Shown piece by piece: positions 9,869-19,651 of a stretch of DNA of 64,000 bases (positions are counted from its first letter, which is position 1; each line of letters begins with the position of its first letter). The stretch is from Patescibacteria group bacterium (lineage in GTDB: Bacteria; Patescibacteriota; Microgenomatia; Levybacterales; UBA12049): assembly GCA_026004395.1 (NCBI GenBank), contig BPJB01000001.1, positions 391,343 to 455,342 on the forward strand, in the 5' to 3' direction. The notes beneath the pieces were generated by a model. The model ran no database searches, was not told where the DNA came from, and saw only the letters and a program-made list of their open reading frames with translations. A program made the position numbers and the translations under genes.

Positions 9869-11137
9869 ATGCAAGAGAGAATCCGAAAAGTTGTTAAGCA
9901 TCCATTAATATCTGGAAGTACAATAATTTTTGTTGGAACATTTTTAGCCAATATTATTAATTATTTGTTTAATTTATTGATGGGAAGAATGCTTAGTGTT
10001 GCAGATTATGGTCTCCTTTCATCACTTTCATCTTTATTTATTCTCTCTGCAATTTTTGCAATTGCTTTTGGTAATGTCATTACTCGTTTCATCGCAACCT
10101 ATCATGGTAGTGGTAATAAGAAAGGAGAGCAGGCTGTGTTATTGATCGGAACAAAATATGTAGCCATCTTTTCTACACTCATTTTATTTATACTTATATT
10201 ATTTTCTCCTTTGATTGGAAAATTTCTTCATGTGACCAATAATATTTTTGTAATACTCATCGCATTTTCGTCGTTTTTTACATTAATGCTTTCTTTACCT
10301 GCGGGATTTATTCAAGGTAAAATGAGGTTTTTGTTTCTCTCAGCGATAACAATAGTTCAGCCTATCCTAAAACTTATTGTTGCTGTTATTTTACTTCTTC
10401 TTGGATACTCGATTTTAAGTCCATTTATAGGAATTCTTGTGGGCGGAGCATTACCGACATTGCTGTTATATTATTATCTTTTTCGTAATTTAGTAAAAAA
10501 GCAGCAATTAGAGTCATTTGATGAACAATCTTTTAAGAAAGAATTTATTCACTCTTCATATACTTTTTTCTTATCCGGGATTGGGATCACTATTCTTCAG
10601 AACACAGATATTATGCTTGTTCGACATTTTTTTGGTCCATATGAATCAGGATTGTATGCTGCCCTTTCACTGATGGGTAAAGCGATATTTTATTTTACGA
10701 GCCCGATTAATGCTGTTTTTTTCCCTTTGATAGCATTTAGAAAGGAGAGAAAACAACGCCTGTTTCATGTCGTTGTTTTAGCATTTGGACTTATCGCTGG
10801 ACTTTCTACGGCTATATCATTTGTTTATTTTGCGATTCCTGAGGTGATTATCAAAATTTTCTTTCCGTCTTCTTCTTATCAGGAGGTTGGACGTTATCTA
10901 GGTTTTTTTTCACTTTATATTCTTGCTTTCTCTCTAGTATTTCTCTTTAATAACTTTTATTTATCTATTGGGAGAAGGGGAGTTTATAAAGCAACATTAT
11001 TTGCTGCTTTATTGCAAGTAATATTGATTCTTTTTATCCATCAGTCTATTTTCCATATCATTGCGATTCTTTTCTCAATTTCTTTGTTACTTCTTATCAG
11101 CTTTTTGATATATTATTTTTTGTATGAAAAAGATTAG
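9869..11137 (+). CDS. wzx: Wzx-type oligosaccharide flippase (MOP superfamily)
   Basis: 422 aa, ~12 TMs; NYLFNLLMGRML..DYG, NTDIMLVRHFF...GLYAA..MGK motifs. Confidence 0.8.
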   Translation: MQERIRKVVKHPLISGSTIIFVGTFLANIINYLFNLLMGRMLSVADYGLLSSLSSLFILSAIFAIAFGNVITRFIATYHGSGNKKGEQAVLLIGTKYVAIFSTLILFILILFSPLIGKFLHVTNNIFVILIAFSSFFTLMLSLPAGFIQGKMRFLFLSAITIVQPILKLIVAVILLLLGYSILSPFIGILVGGALPTLLLYYYLFRNLVKKQQLESFDEQSFKKEFIHSSYTFFLSGIGITILQNTDIMLVRHFFGPYESGLYAALSLMGKAIFYFTSPINAVFFPLIAFRKERKQRLFHVVVLAFGLIAGLSTAISFVYFAIPEVIIKIFFPSSSYQEVGRYLGFFSLYILAFSLVFLFNNFYLSIGRRGVYKATLFAALLQVILILFIHQSIFHIIAILFSISLLLLISFLIYYFLYEKD

Positions 11138-11876
11138 AAAAATCTCCCTTGTTATTCCAACCTACAATCAAGAAAAAACAATAATCAAAAATCTTAGACT
11201 TCTAAAAAAATCTTTGGATGAACTTCCATATGCCTTTGAATTACTGGTTGTAGTTGATGGATTTGGTGATAAGACTTATCAAATACTGAAAAAGATCAGA
11301 CAAAAAAATCTACAAGTTTTAGGATACAAGGAAAACAAAGGAAAGGGATTTGCCCTAAAACATGGTATGCTCAATGCACAGGGCGATGTCATAGGATTTA
11401 TTGATGGTGATCTGGATATCCATCCTGAAGGAATAGCAATGCTTATTAATCATATGATTTGGTACAATGCGGATATAATTGTAGGAAGTAAGCTTCATCC
11501 TGTCTCACAAGTTAATTATCCTCGTTGGCGAAAAATTCTTTCTTGGGGATACAGATCACTTATACGGCTTCTTTTTGGTTTGAAAGTGAGAGATACTCAG
11601 GTGGGGATAAAACTATTTAAGAGGAAGGTGGTTAGAGATGTTTTTCCTCTTTTGGTTGTTAAACGATTCGCATTTGATGTTGAGGTATTGGCAGTTGCCA
11701 ATCATCGGGGGTTTAGTAGAATTTATGAGGCTCCTATAAGGCTTCAGTTTAACAATGCCAGTTCTATAACAAATAGCAATTTTTGGAAAATTATTCTTCT
11801 TATGCTTTGGGATACATTTGCTATTTTTTACAGATTGCATATCATTCGTTATTATGAGAGGAAAAATTTGCAATAA
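11124..11876 (+). CDS. GT2, polyprenol-phosphate hexose synthase-like (DPG/DPM synthase-like)
   Basis: PTYNQE, NKGKGFA, DGDLD, DTQVGIKLF, RFAFDVEVL. Confidence 0.8.
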   Translation: MKKIRKISLVIPTYNQEKTIIKNLRLLKKSLDELPYAFELLVVVDGFGDKTYQILKKIRQKNLQVLGYKENKGKGFALKHGMLNAQGDVIGFIDGDLDIHPEGIAMLINHMIWYNADIIVGSKLHPVSQVNYPRWRKILSWGYRSLIRLLFGLKVRDTQVGIKLFKRKVVRDVFPLLVVKRFAFDVEVLAVANHRGFSRIYEAPIRLQFNNASSITNSNFWKIILLMLWDTFAIFYRLHIIRYYERKNLQ

Positions 11877-11881
11877 TTAAT

Positions 11882-12994
11882 ATGAATATTCTAATTTTAA
11901 ACTGGAGAGATCCTTTGCATCCTTTAGCAGGAGGAGCTGAGATAGCATTATTGGAACATGCAAAATATTGGAACAAAAAGGGTGCCAATATTACTTGGTT
12001 TGCATCAGGTTTTTCTGGTGCCAAAAAAGAAGAAGAGTTTAACGAAATAAAAATCATACGTCGTGGATCTCATTTTACTGTCCATATGATGTTTTTTCTT
12101 TATTGGTTAAGATATGGAGCTGATGATTATGATGTAATAATTGACTGTTTCCATTTTCTCCCATTTTTTACACCGCTTTTTCTAAAAAGAAAAAAAATTA
12201 TTGCCTTTATTCACGAAGTGGCAGGAAAGCTTTGGTATTTAAATCTTTACTATCCTTTAGCTTGGGTTGGTTATCATCTAGAGCCTTATTTTTTTTTATT
12301 TTATAAACAAATACTTTTTATTACCCCATCTGATTCAGCAAAAAATGATCTCATAAAGCTAGGTATACATAAAAAAAATATTTCTGTTATTCATAATGGT
12401 GTTACTCTCGAGAGGGTAAATAATTCAATAATCAAAGAAAAAGTTCCAACGATTTTATTTCTTAATAGAGTATCCAAAGATAAAGGAATAGAAGATGCTT
12501 TATTGGCATTTATTGAGATTAAAAAGATTATCAGTGAAGTAAAACTCTGGATCGTTGGTAAAGAAGAATCTGAAGGAGAATTAAAAAAATTAATAGAAAA
12601 GATTGGGATCTCAAAAAAAATAAATAGTTCTATAATGTATTTCGGCTTTGTCGATCAGAAAAAAAAATTTGAGTTATTAAAAAAAGCGTGGATTTTAGTT
12701 CATCCTTCAAAAAAAGAAGGATGGGGATTAACTGTAATTGAGGCTGCATCTCAAGGGACGCCAGCTGTGGGATATGATGTGGAGGGTCTTAGAGACTCTA
12801 TTAAAAATAACAAAACCGGATTATTGACAAAAGATAATTTTATTGATTTAGCAAAAGGATTAGAAAGATTAATTAAAGATAATAAGCTTTATTCTCAAAT
12901 GAGCAAAGAAGCAATGGAATGGTCTAAAAAATTTAATTGGAATATCAGTGGAGAGAAGAGTTGGAAGCTTATAAAAATTATTTATGAAAAATAA
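11882..12994 (+). CDS. GT4 glycosyltransferase (Rv0225-like subfamily)
   Basis: NWRDPLHPLAGGAE N-terminus; PSKKEGWGLTVIEAASQG. Confidence 0.85.
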   Translation: MNILILNWRDPLHPLAGGAEIALLEHAKYWNKKGANITWFASGFSGAKKEEEFNEIKIIRRGSHFTVHMMFFLYWLRYGADDYDVIIDCFHFLPFFTPLFLKRKKIIAFIHEVAGKLWYLNLYYPLAWVGYHLEPYFFLFYKQILFITPSDSAKNDLIKLGIHKKNISVIHNGVTLERVNNSIIKEKVPTILFLNRVSKDKGIEDALLAFIEIKKIISEVKLWIVGKEESEGELKKLIEKIGISKKINSSIMYFGFVDQKKKFELLKKAWILVHPSKKEGWGLTVIEAASQGTPAVGYDVEGLRDSIKNNKTGLLTKDNFIDLAKGLERLIKDNKLYSQMSKEAMEWSKKFNWNISGEKSWKLIKIIYEK

Positions 12995-13817
12995 TCCTCT
13001 AGTATCAGTTATAGTTACTACTAAAAATTCTGCTAATTCTCTACAAGCATGTCTTGAAAGTATAAAAAGTCAATCATACAAAAATATTGAATTAATAGTT
13101 GTTGATAATAATTCTATAGATGATACTCGGGAGATTGCAAAAAGATATACAAAACATTTATATATTGCTGGACCAGAGAGATCAGCTCAGAGGAATTTAG
13201 GTGCAAAAAAAGCAAATGGAGAATATCTATTATTCATTGACTCAGATATGATCCTTACTGTTGATGTGATAAAATGTTGTGTTAGTACTATAAAATTGCA
13301 AAAGGTAGGGGGTATTATTATCCCTGAGGAGTCAATTGGAGATGGTTTTTGGGCAAAATGTAAAAAGTTAGAGAGAAGTTATTATGTAGGTAATGAGTTT
13401 ATTGAAGCTGCTCGATTTTTCCCCAAACAAAAATTCAAGATTATAGGAGGATTTGATGAACATCTTACTGGTCCTGAAGATTGGGATCTCTCTCAACGAG
13501 TTAAAGAAAGATTTGGAGTTAGTAGAATTCACGAATATATTTTGCATGATGAGGGGAAATTATCGTTAATTCCCTTATTAAAAAAGAAATATTATTATTC
13601 TAAAAAAATTAATGAGTATATTAAAAAAACAGATAATAAAGATAATCTTATTAAACAATTTAGTCTTATTGAAAGATATAAGATATTTATGTCACAACCT
13701 AAGATAATTTTAAAGTATCCATTACTTTGGGTAGGAATGATTTTTATGAAAACTTGTGAATTTTCTGTTGGTGCCATTGGCTATCTCTATAGTAAAAGTA
13801 ATTTACGTAAAAAATAA
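12984..13817 (+). CDS. GT2 glycosyltransferase
   Basis: VDNNSIDDT, ERSAQRNLG, FIDSD, GGFDE...EDWDL. Confidence 0.85.
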   Translation: MKNNPLVSVIVTTKNSANSLQACLESIKSQSYKNIELIVVDNNSIDDTREIAKRYTKHLYIAGPERSAQRNLGAKKANGEYLLFIDSDMILTVDVIKCCVSTIKLQKVGGIIIPEESIGDGFWAKCKKLERSYYVGNEFIEAARFFPKQKFKIIGGFDEHLTGPEDWDLSQRVKERFGVSRIHEYILHDEGKLSLIPLLKKKYYYSKKINEYIKKTDNKDNLIKQFSLIERYKIFMSQPKIILKYPLLWVGMIFMKTCEFSVGAIGYLYSKSNLRKK

Positions 13818-13858
13818 TTAAGATATATAAATAAAAAAAACTGTTAATATTAATCAAT

Positions 13859-14887
13859 ATGATGAGAAATAAGAAAAAGCCTCTAGTGTCAATAATAATT
13901 TCCAATCTTAATGGGAGAGAATGGCTAGATCAATGCCTCAAGAGCTTAAGATATCAGACATTTGATAATTTTGAGATAATAATGGTAGACAATGTATCAA
14001 AAGACGATAGTGTGGCTTTTGTTAAAAAAAATTATCCTGAAGTTAGAGTGATAGAAAATAAGCAAGATTTGGGATTTTCAGGAGGTAATAATGTGGGAGT
14101 ACAATATGCCCATGGTGAGTATGTATTACTCTTAAATAATGATACGCGTGTTACTAAAGATTATCTTAAAAATTTTATTAAAGCCTTTCAAGAAATACCA
14201 AGACTTGGTGCCGCTCAGTCTAAGATGATTCTGATGAAAGATCCTAATAAACTTGATGCCTGTGGTGCTTACTGGACAGATACTACTTTTTTGTATCATA
14301 TTGGTTACTTACAAGATCAGAATTTGAAAAAATTTAATGTGCCTTTTCCAGTTTTTACCAATAAAGGAGCTTCAATGTTAATTAGGAAAGATCTTATTAA
14401 TAAAATTGGCTTATTTGATGATGATTTTTGGTGTTATTACGAAGAAACAGACTTTTGTCATCGGGTATGGATGGCAGGATATGAGTGTTGGTATTACCCA
14501 AAAGCTGTTATGTATCATGCTATGGGAGGAACAACATTAAGATTTAAAAATGATTATATACAATTTCATAATTTTAAAAATAAACTTCTTAGTTTTCTTA
14601 AAAACTTTGAATTAAAATCACTTATTTATATTATTCCAACTTTTTTAGTTTTAAATATAATTTTAAGTTTTTTATGGCTATTTCAAGGCAAAATAAAGCA
14701 CTTTTTAGCGCTTTATAAAGCTATTTGGTGGAATTTAACTCATCTTAAAACAACGTTGAAGAAAAGGCAGAAAATTCAATCTTTTCGAATTTGTTCTGAT
14801 AAAGAAATCTTTATAAAAACAAGAGTAAATCCCAGATTATCTTATTATTATTATCTTTTTATTGGCCTTGATAAGTACAAGGAGTAA
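13859..14887 (+). CDS. GT2 glycosyltransferase (WbbL/WfgS-like)
   Basis: VDNVSKD, GFSGGNNVG, LLNND, FDDDFWCYYEETDFC. Confidence 0.88.
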   Translation: MMRNKKKPLVSIIISNLNGREWLDQCLKSLRYQTFDNFEIIMVDNVSKDDSVAFVKKNYPEVRVIENKQDLGFSGGNNVGVQYAHGEYVLLLNNDTRVTKDYLKNFIKAFQEIPRLGAAQSKMILMKDPNKLDACGAYWTDTTFLYHIGYLQDQNLKKFNVPFPVFTNKGASMLIRKDLINKIGLFDDDFWCYYEETDFCHRVWMAGYECWYYPKAVMYHAMGGTTLRFKNDYIQFHNFKNKLLSFLKNFELKSLIYIIPTFLVLNIILSFLWLFQGKIKHFLALYKAIWWNLTHLKTTLKKRQKIQSFRICSDKEIFIKTRVNPRLSYYYYLFIGLDKYKE

Positions 14888-14971
14888 TATTGCATCTTTT
14901 AATTTAGAACATTTTTTATATAATGTTGTAAGTTATAGCTTATACCATATGTAAAAAGTTAGGGTATTTTT

Positions 14972-16144
14972 ATGATTAAACTTATAAAATCTACTTATTA
15001 CAAAGAAAAAGACACGACCAAAAAACTTATTTCATTCCTCAAAAAAGCAGAACAGTTAAGCTTTGGCCCCGAGTGTAATAAATTTGAAGAAAATTTCGCA
15101 AAATGGCAGAAAAGAAAATACTGTGTTTTCCTTAATAGCGGTAGTTCTGCAAACTTAGCGATGATTCAAGCACTTTTGAATCTTGGTAAGCTCAGACACG
15201 GTGATTATGTTGGATTTTCAGCTCTTACATGGTCTACCAATGTAATGCCGATAATTCAGCTTGGTCTAAAAGCTGTTCCTATTGATATAGAGCTTGATAC
15301 ATTAAATGTTTCCAGCAGAAAGTTGCTTGCTACACTTGAAAAATATCCTTTAAAAATGTTATTTCTTACCAATCTACTTGGTTTTTGTGATGATATTGAT
15401 GAAATTAAGAAAATTTGTGATAGAGAAAAGATAATTCTTTTAGAAGATAATTGTGAGTCATTGGGTACTATTTACAAAGGTAAACTTCTTGGCAACTATG
15501 GAATTGCAAGCAGTTTTTCATTTTATGTAGGTCATCATATGTCAACAGTTGAGGGGGGAGCAGTTTGTACAGATAGTGAGCGTTTGGCGACAATGCTTCG
15601 TATAGTCAGAGCGCATGGCTGGGATAGGAATTTAAGTGAAAAAAGGCAGATCAAAATTCGCAATAAATATAAAGTAAACTCTACATTTTACTCCCGGTAC
15701 ACTTTTTATGATCTTGGATATAACTTGCGACCTACAGAAATAAATGCATTTATTGGCAATACACAACTGCCATATTTAAAAGAAATTATCAAAAAACGCA
15801 ATGCAAATTTTATGCGCATGGCATTACCTATCTACGCTAAAACAGAAAAGTATTATCCTATTCGTTATGATCATATAGATTACCTCTCAAATTTTGCAAT
15901 TCCAGTTGTCTGCAAGAATCAGAAAATTAGGGATGAATTAGTTGCAGCATGTGAAGGGAAAATTGAGATTCGACCAATTGTAGGCGGAGATATGACACGT
16001 CAGCCTTTTTTCAGTAAGTATATGAAAAAATTAGCTTTTGAAAATCCCAATGCAAAATTGGTCCATGAACAGGGTCTCTATTTTGGCAACAATCCGGAGC
16101 TTACTCAGAAAGAGATAAAACAGATATTAAAAATCATGCTTTAG
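14972..16144 (+). CDS. colD: PLP-dependent GDP-4-keto-6-deoxymannose 3-dehydratase-like (DegT/DnrJ family, His replacing the Schiff-base Lys)
   Basis: NSGSSANL, EDNCESLG, SFYVGHHMSTVEGG, RAHGW.RNL, GYNLRPTE. Confidence 0.7.
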   Translation: MIKLIKSTYYKEKDTTKKLISFLKKAEQLSFGPECNKFEENFAKWQKRKYCVFLNSGSSANLAMIQALLNLGKLRHGDYVGFSALTWSTNVMPIIQLGLKAVPIDIELDTLNVSSRKLLATLEKYPLKMLFLTNLLGFCDDIDEIKKICDREKIILLEDNCESLGTIYKGKLLGNYGIASSFSFYVGHHMSTVEGGAVCTDSERLATMLRIVRAHGWDRNLSEKRQIKIRNKYKVNSTFYSRYTFYDLGYNLRPTEINAFIGNTQLPYLKEIIKKRNANFMRMALPIYAKTEKYYPIRYDHIDYLSNFAIPVVCKNQKIRDELVAACEGKIEIRPIVGGDMTRQPFFSKYMKKLAFENPNAKLVHEQGLYFGNNPELTQKEIKQILKIML

Positions 16145-16162
16145 GTTAAATTTTTATTGTGT

Positions 16163-17140
16163 ATGGATGAGAATTTTTGGAGAGAGAAGAAAGTATTAGT
16201 TACAGGGGGTGTTGGATTTATTGGAAGTCATCTAGTTGAAAAATTATTTAATTTAGGTGCCAATGTGACTGTTCTTTCGAGATCTCCTATTGAAAAAACT
16301 TATATAAATTATCTTGCTGATAAGATAACTTTCATTCGAGGAGACTGTACAAATACAAAGGATGCTGAATCCGCATGTTTTGGACAAGAGATCGTAATGA
16401 ACTTAGCAGCAAAAGTTGGAGGAATAGAATATAATAGAACCCATCAAGCTACAATGCTGAGAGAAAATCTTATGATAGCAACTACTATGCTTGAAGCAGC
16501 AAGAAGAGCCGGTGTTAAGAGATTCCTTGTAACATCATCAGCGTGTGTATACCCCCGTAATGCTAGTATTCCAACGCCTGAGGAAGAAGGTTTTAAGGAT
16601 GAACCAGAGCCAACAAATGGTGGATATGGTTGGGCTAAGAGAATGAGTGAAAGATTAGGCAAATATTATGCAGAAGAGTATGGTATGAAAATCGCAATAG
16701 TTAGACCATATAATTGTTATGGACCGCGTGACCATTTTGATCCTACAAGATCTCATGTTATTCCCGCATTAATTAAGAGGGTATTTGAAGGGGAGAATCC
16801 ATTGAAGGTATGGGGTTCTGGTTATCAAACAAGAGCTTTTTTATACGTTGAAGATCTAGTAAATGGAATGATACAAGCAATTGAAAAATATCCAGTGCCT
16901 GACCCAATTAACCTTGGTACAGATGAGGAAGTATCAATAAAGGACTTGGTTAATAAAATTGTTACTATTTCAGGTATAAAGACAGAGGTAGTTTTTGATA
17001 CATCAAAACCTGATGGTAGTCCGCGCCGTCAAAGTGATAATAAAAAAGCAAAAGAGAAAATTGGTTTTGAGGCAAAAATTCCTCTTGATGAAGGACTTAA
17101 AAGAACAATTGAGTGGTATAAAAAATATGTTAAAAAATGA
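16163..17140 (+). CDS. GDP-sugar epimerase/reductase (Fcl/ColC/GME-like extended SDR)
   Basis: GGVGFIGS, LAAKVGGI, SSACVYP, EPTNGGYGWAK, SHVIPALI, DTSKPDGSPRR. Confidence 0.8.
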   Translation: MDENFWREKKVLVTGGVGFIGSHLVEKLFNLGANVTVLSRSPIEKTYINYLADKITFIRGDCTNTKDAESACFGQEIVMNLAAKVGGIEYNRTHQATMLRENLMIATTMLEAARRAGVKRFLVTSSACVYPRNASIPTPEEEGFKDEPEPTNGGYGWAKRMSERLGKYYAEEYGMKIAIVRPYNCYGPRDHFDPTRSHVIPALIKRVFEGENPLKVWGSGYQTRAFLYVEDLVNGMIQAIEKYPVPDPINLGTDEEVSIKDLVNKIVTISGIKTEVVFDTSKPDGSPRRQSDNKKAKEKIGFEAKIPLDEGLKRTIEWYKKYVKK

Positions 17141-18303
17141 GATTGATAGAAAAAAGTTTTTTCATTGCAACTCATGTCTATGCTACAGGTCCTGCATTTA
17201 AACTTGAGGAATACCTAGTAGAAAGAAATATCCCCCTTCTTATTTTTATTGGTCATCCTTTTTCATATGCTGAAGATACAAGATCATTTTTACGAATATA
17301 TAAAGAGGGAAGTTTAATATTAGAAAAAAAATTCATCTACTGGGGTGGTCCAGATTTTGGCTTTTACGTTAAAGATTTATTATTGACAATATGGTGGGGA
17401 GTTTTTTATGTTCGCTACACAAGAAAAATAGATTATTTTGTTGGTGTTGATAATTTAAATGCTTTTGCAGGTTATATTCTGCAAAAAATTGGTATAGTGA
17501 AATCTCTAATATTTTATACAATAGATTATATTCCTATACGCTTTGAGAATAGGATACTGAATAGGATTTACCATTTCTTAGACAGTTTTGCAGTAAAAAA
17601 AAGCGATAAGGTTTGGAATTTGTCTTCCATTATGGCTGATCAGCGTGAAAAAAGGGGAATGGAAAGAAAATACAAATTTAAGCAAATACAAGTCCCTATA
17701 GGAACAGATCTAAGTACTAAACCACTTCCTTTTAGCAAAATCGATAAATACAAAATTGTTTTTATGGGACATTTACGTAAGGGTCAAGGTGTAGATTTAC
17801 TTATTAACGCCATGGAAGAAGTAGTAAGAAAAATACCCAAGGCATATCTTATGATTATTGGAGGAGGGCCTTTAGAAGAGGAATATAGAAGAATGGTAAA
17901 ACAGAAAAGACTTGAAAAGCATATTATATTTTCAGGTTTTGTTAAGGATTTTTTAGATGTTAAAAAATTATTGTCTGATGCAGCGGTTGCAGTAGCACCA
18001 TATGTTGACGATAGCACAACCTACACAAGATACACTGATCCCGGAAAGCCCAAGGATTACATAGCAAATGGAATACCAGTTATTATTACCAAAGTACCAC
18101 AAGTAGCCTTTGAGATAGAAAAAAACAAGTGCGGTTTTGCTATTGATTACGATAAGAAGCAATTAGTGAATACACTAATAAAAGTACTTTCTAATTCCAA
18201 ATTACAATCTGATATGAGATTTAATGCTCTAAAAATGGCAAAAAGATATACATGGGAAAAAATATTTTCAAAAGCACTTGGAGAAACAATTGAAAATAAT
18301 TGA
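17137..18303 (+). CDS. GT4-type glycosyltransferase
   Basis: GT-B C-terminal FMGHL..GQG, IIGGGP, DPGKPKDYIANGIPVI. Confidence 0.75.
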   Translation: MRLIEKSFFIATHVYATGPAFKLEEYLVERNIPLLIFIGHPFSYAEDTRSFLRIYKEGSLILEKKFIYWGGPDFGFYVKDLLLTIWWGVFYVRYTRKIDYFVGVDNLNAFAGYILQKIGIVKSLIFYTIDYIPIRFENRILNRIYHFLDSFAVKKSDKVWNLSSIMADQREKRGMERKYKFKQIQVPIGTDLSTKPLPFSKIDKYKIVFMGHLRKGQGVDLLINAMEEVVRKIPKAYLMIIGGGPLEEEYRRMVKQKRLEKHIIFSGFVKDFLDVKKLLSDAAVAVAPYVDDSTTYTRYTDPGKPKDYIANGIPVIITKVPQVAFEIEKNKCGFAIDYDKKQLVNTLIKVLSNSKLQSDMRFNALKMAKRYTWEKIFSKALGETIENN

Positions 18304-18394
18304 GTGGATATAAATAAAAAATCTATTTTATAAAAATATTGAAGAATTTCCCAATAATATTTATAAGATGATAAAATTTGAGTTGTAAGAAAAT

Positions 18395-19615
18395 ATGCGT
18401 AAGCGTAAGCAGTTAACTATCGGTATTATTCTTCCTACAATTATTTCTAAAAACGGTACTGTAAAGCAAAGTCTTGAATTGGCAAAAGCTCTTCAGAGTT
18501 TAGGCCATGAAGTAATATTTTTTACTTATGCTTATTTAAAAGATGCTATTTTTCCCGAATTTGATAAGCAGAAAGTTTGTTACTGTATAGATCTTAAGAA
18601 GTCAATTTTTTATAAAATCATCAAGAATCCTGCTAAACTAGAAATACTCTATCTTTATATTGCATTTCTTTTTATATCTAGATTTAGAAGATTATTTCAA
18701 TATAAAAGAATTAATATTTATAATCCTCATGACTGGTTTGGTTTATGGTTAGTCGCTAATATTAAAAAAAATAATCAATGTCTTATTGCAAATATTAACG
18801 ATGTACCAAACCGCATTAATGGAAAAATTATTGAAAAAATAAAATTGTTTTGGGATAGAAGAATAACTTCAAAAATAGATCAGATTATTGTCTTAGATTT
18901 TCAGAACAAAACAAAAGTAATAACATGGTTAAATATTAATCCTGATAAAGTTACAGTAGTTAGAAGTGGTCTCGACACATTAAAGTATCAACAATTTACA
19001 AAAAAAATGGATTTGAAAAGAGAACTTAATATTCCAGAAAAGAGTTTTATTTTAATTAGTGCCAACTTATTAACTTGGAATAGAAGATATGAAGATGTTA
19101 TACGAGCATTAAATAAATTACGTAATAATACTTTACTTCATTTTGTAATTCTTACAAAATTGGACTTTAATTCCTCATATGCAGTTTTTTTAAAAGAAGA
19201 AATCAGAAAATATAAATTGACAAAAAGAGTTCATTTTATTGATAAATTTTTTACAGATGAAGAGCGTATGGCATATATTAAAGGAGGAGATATACTTATT
19301 TTCCCTAATAGTCCACAGACTTGGGGACTTACTGTAATTGAAGCAATGGCTATGGGTGTTCCTGTTATAGTATCTTCAGGATCAGGTGTTAGTGAAGTTC
19401 TGAAAGATGGTGAAAATGCATTCATTTACCCTTCAGGTGATATTAATAAACTTGCAGATACTATTTTGAGAGCGATTTCTGATAGAAAAAAATTAAAAAA
19501 AATCGCTGACTTAGGTAGAGAATATGTACTTAGCTCATTTTCATGGGAAAAATTTGGTAAAGATGTTGAGAGAATCATGATAGAAAATTTTAAAATTAAA
19601 AAGAACTTACTTTAG
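18395..19615 (+). CDS. GT4 glycosyltransferase
   Basis: QTWGLTVIEAMAMGVPVI, GVSEVL, FSWEK. Confidence 0.85.
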   Translation: MRKRKQLTIGIILPTIISKNGTVKQSLELAKALQSLGHEVIFFTYAYLKDAIFPEFDKQKVCYCIDLKKSIFYKIIKNPAKLEILYLYIAFLFISRFRRLFQYKRINIYNPHDWFGLWLVANIKKNNQCLIANINDVPNRINGKIIEKIKLFWDRRITSKIDQIIVLDFQNKTKVITWLNINPDKVTVVRSGLDTLKYQQFTKKMDLKRELNIPEKSFILISANLLTWNRRYEDVIRALNKLRNNTLLHFVILTKLDFNSSYAVFLKEEIRKYKLTKRVHFIDKFFTDEERMAYIKGGDILIFPNSPQTWGLTVIEAMAMGVPVIVSSGSGVSEVLKDGENAFIYPSGDINKLADTILRAISDRKKLKKIADLGREYVLSSFSWEKFGKDVERIMIENFKIKKNLL

Positions 19616-19651
19616 CATGATCTTCTATTATCACTTAAGTCTTAATGTTAA

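Noticed and set aside
12586-12670. Poly-A tracts in GT genes as phase-variable contingency loci
   Set aside because: The runs are 9 nt or shorter, in frame, encode Lys, and are expected at this AT content; the observed frameshifts do not fall in them.
14972-16144. Perosamine synthase or another sugar aminotransferase
   Set aside because: The Schiff-base lysine position is His, which points to a ColD/E1-type dehydratase.
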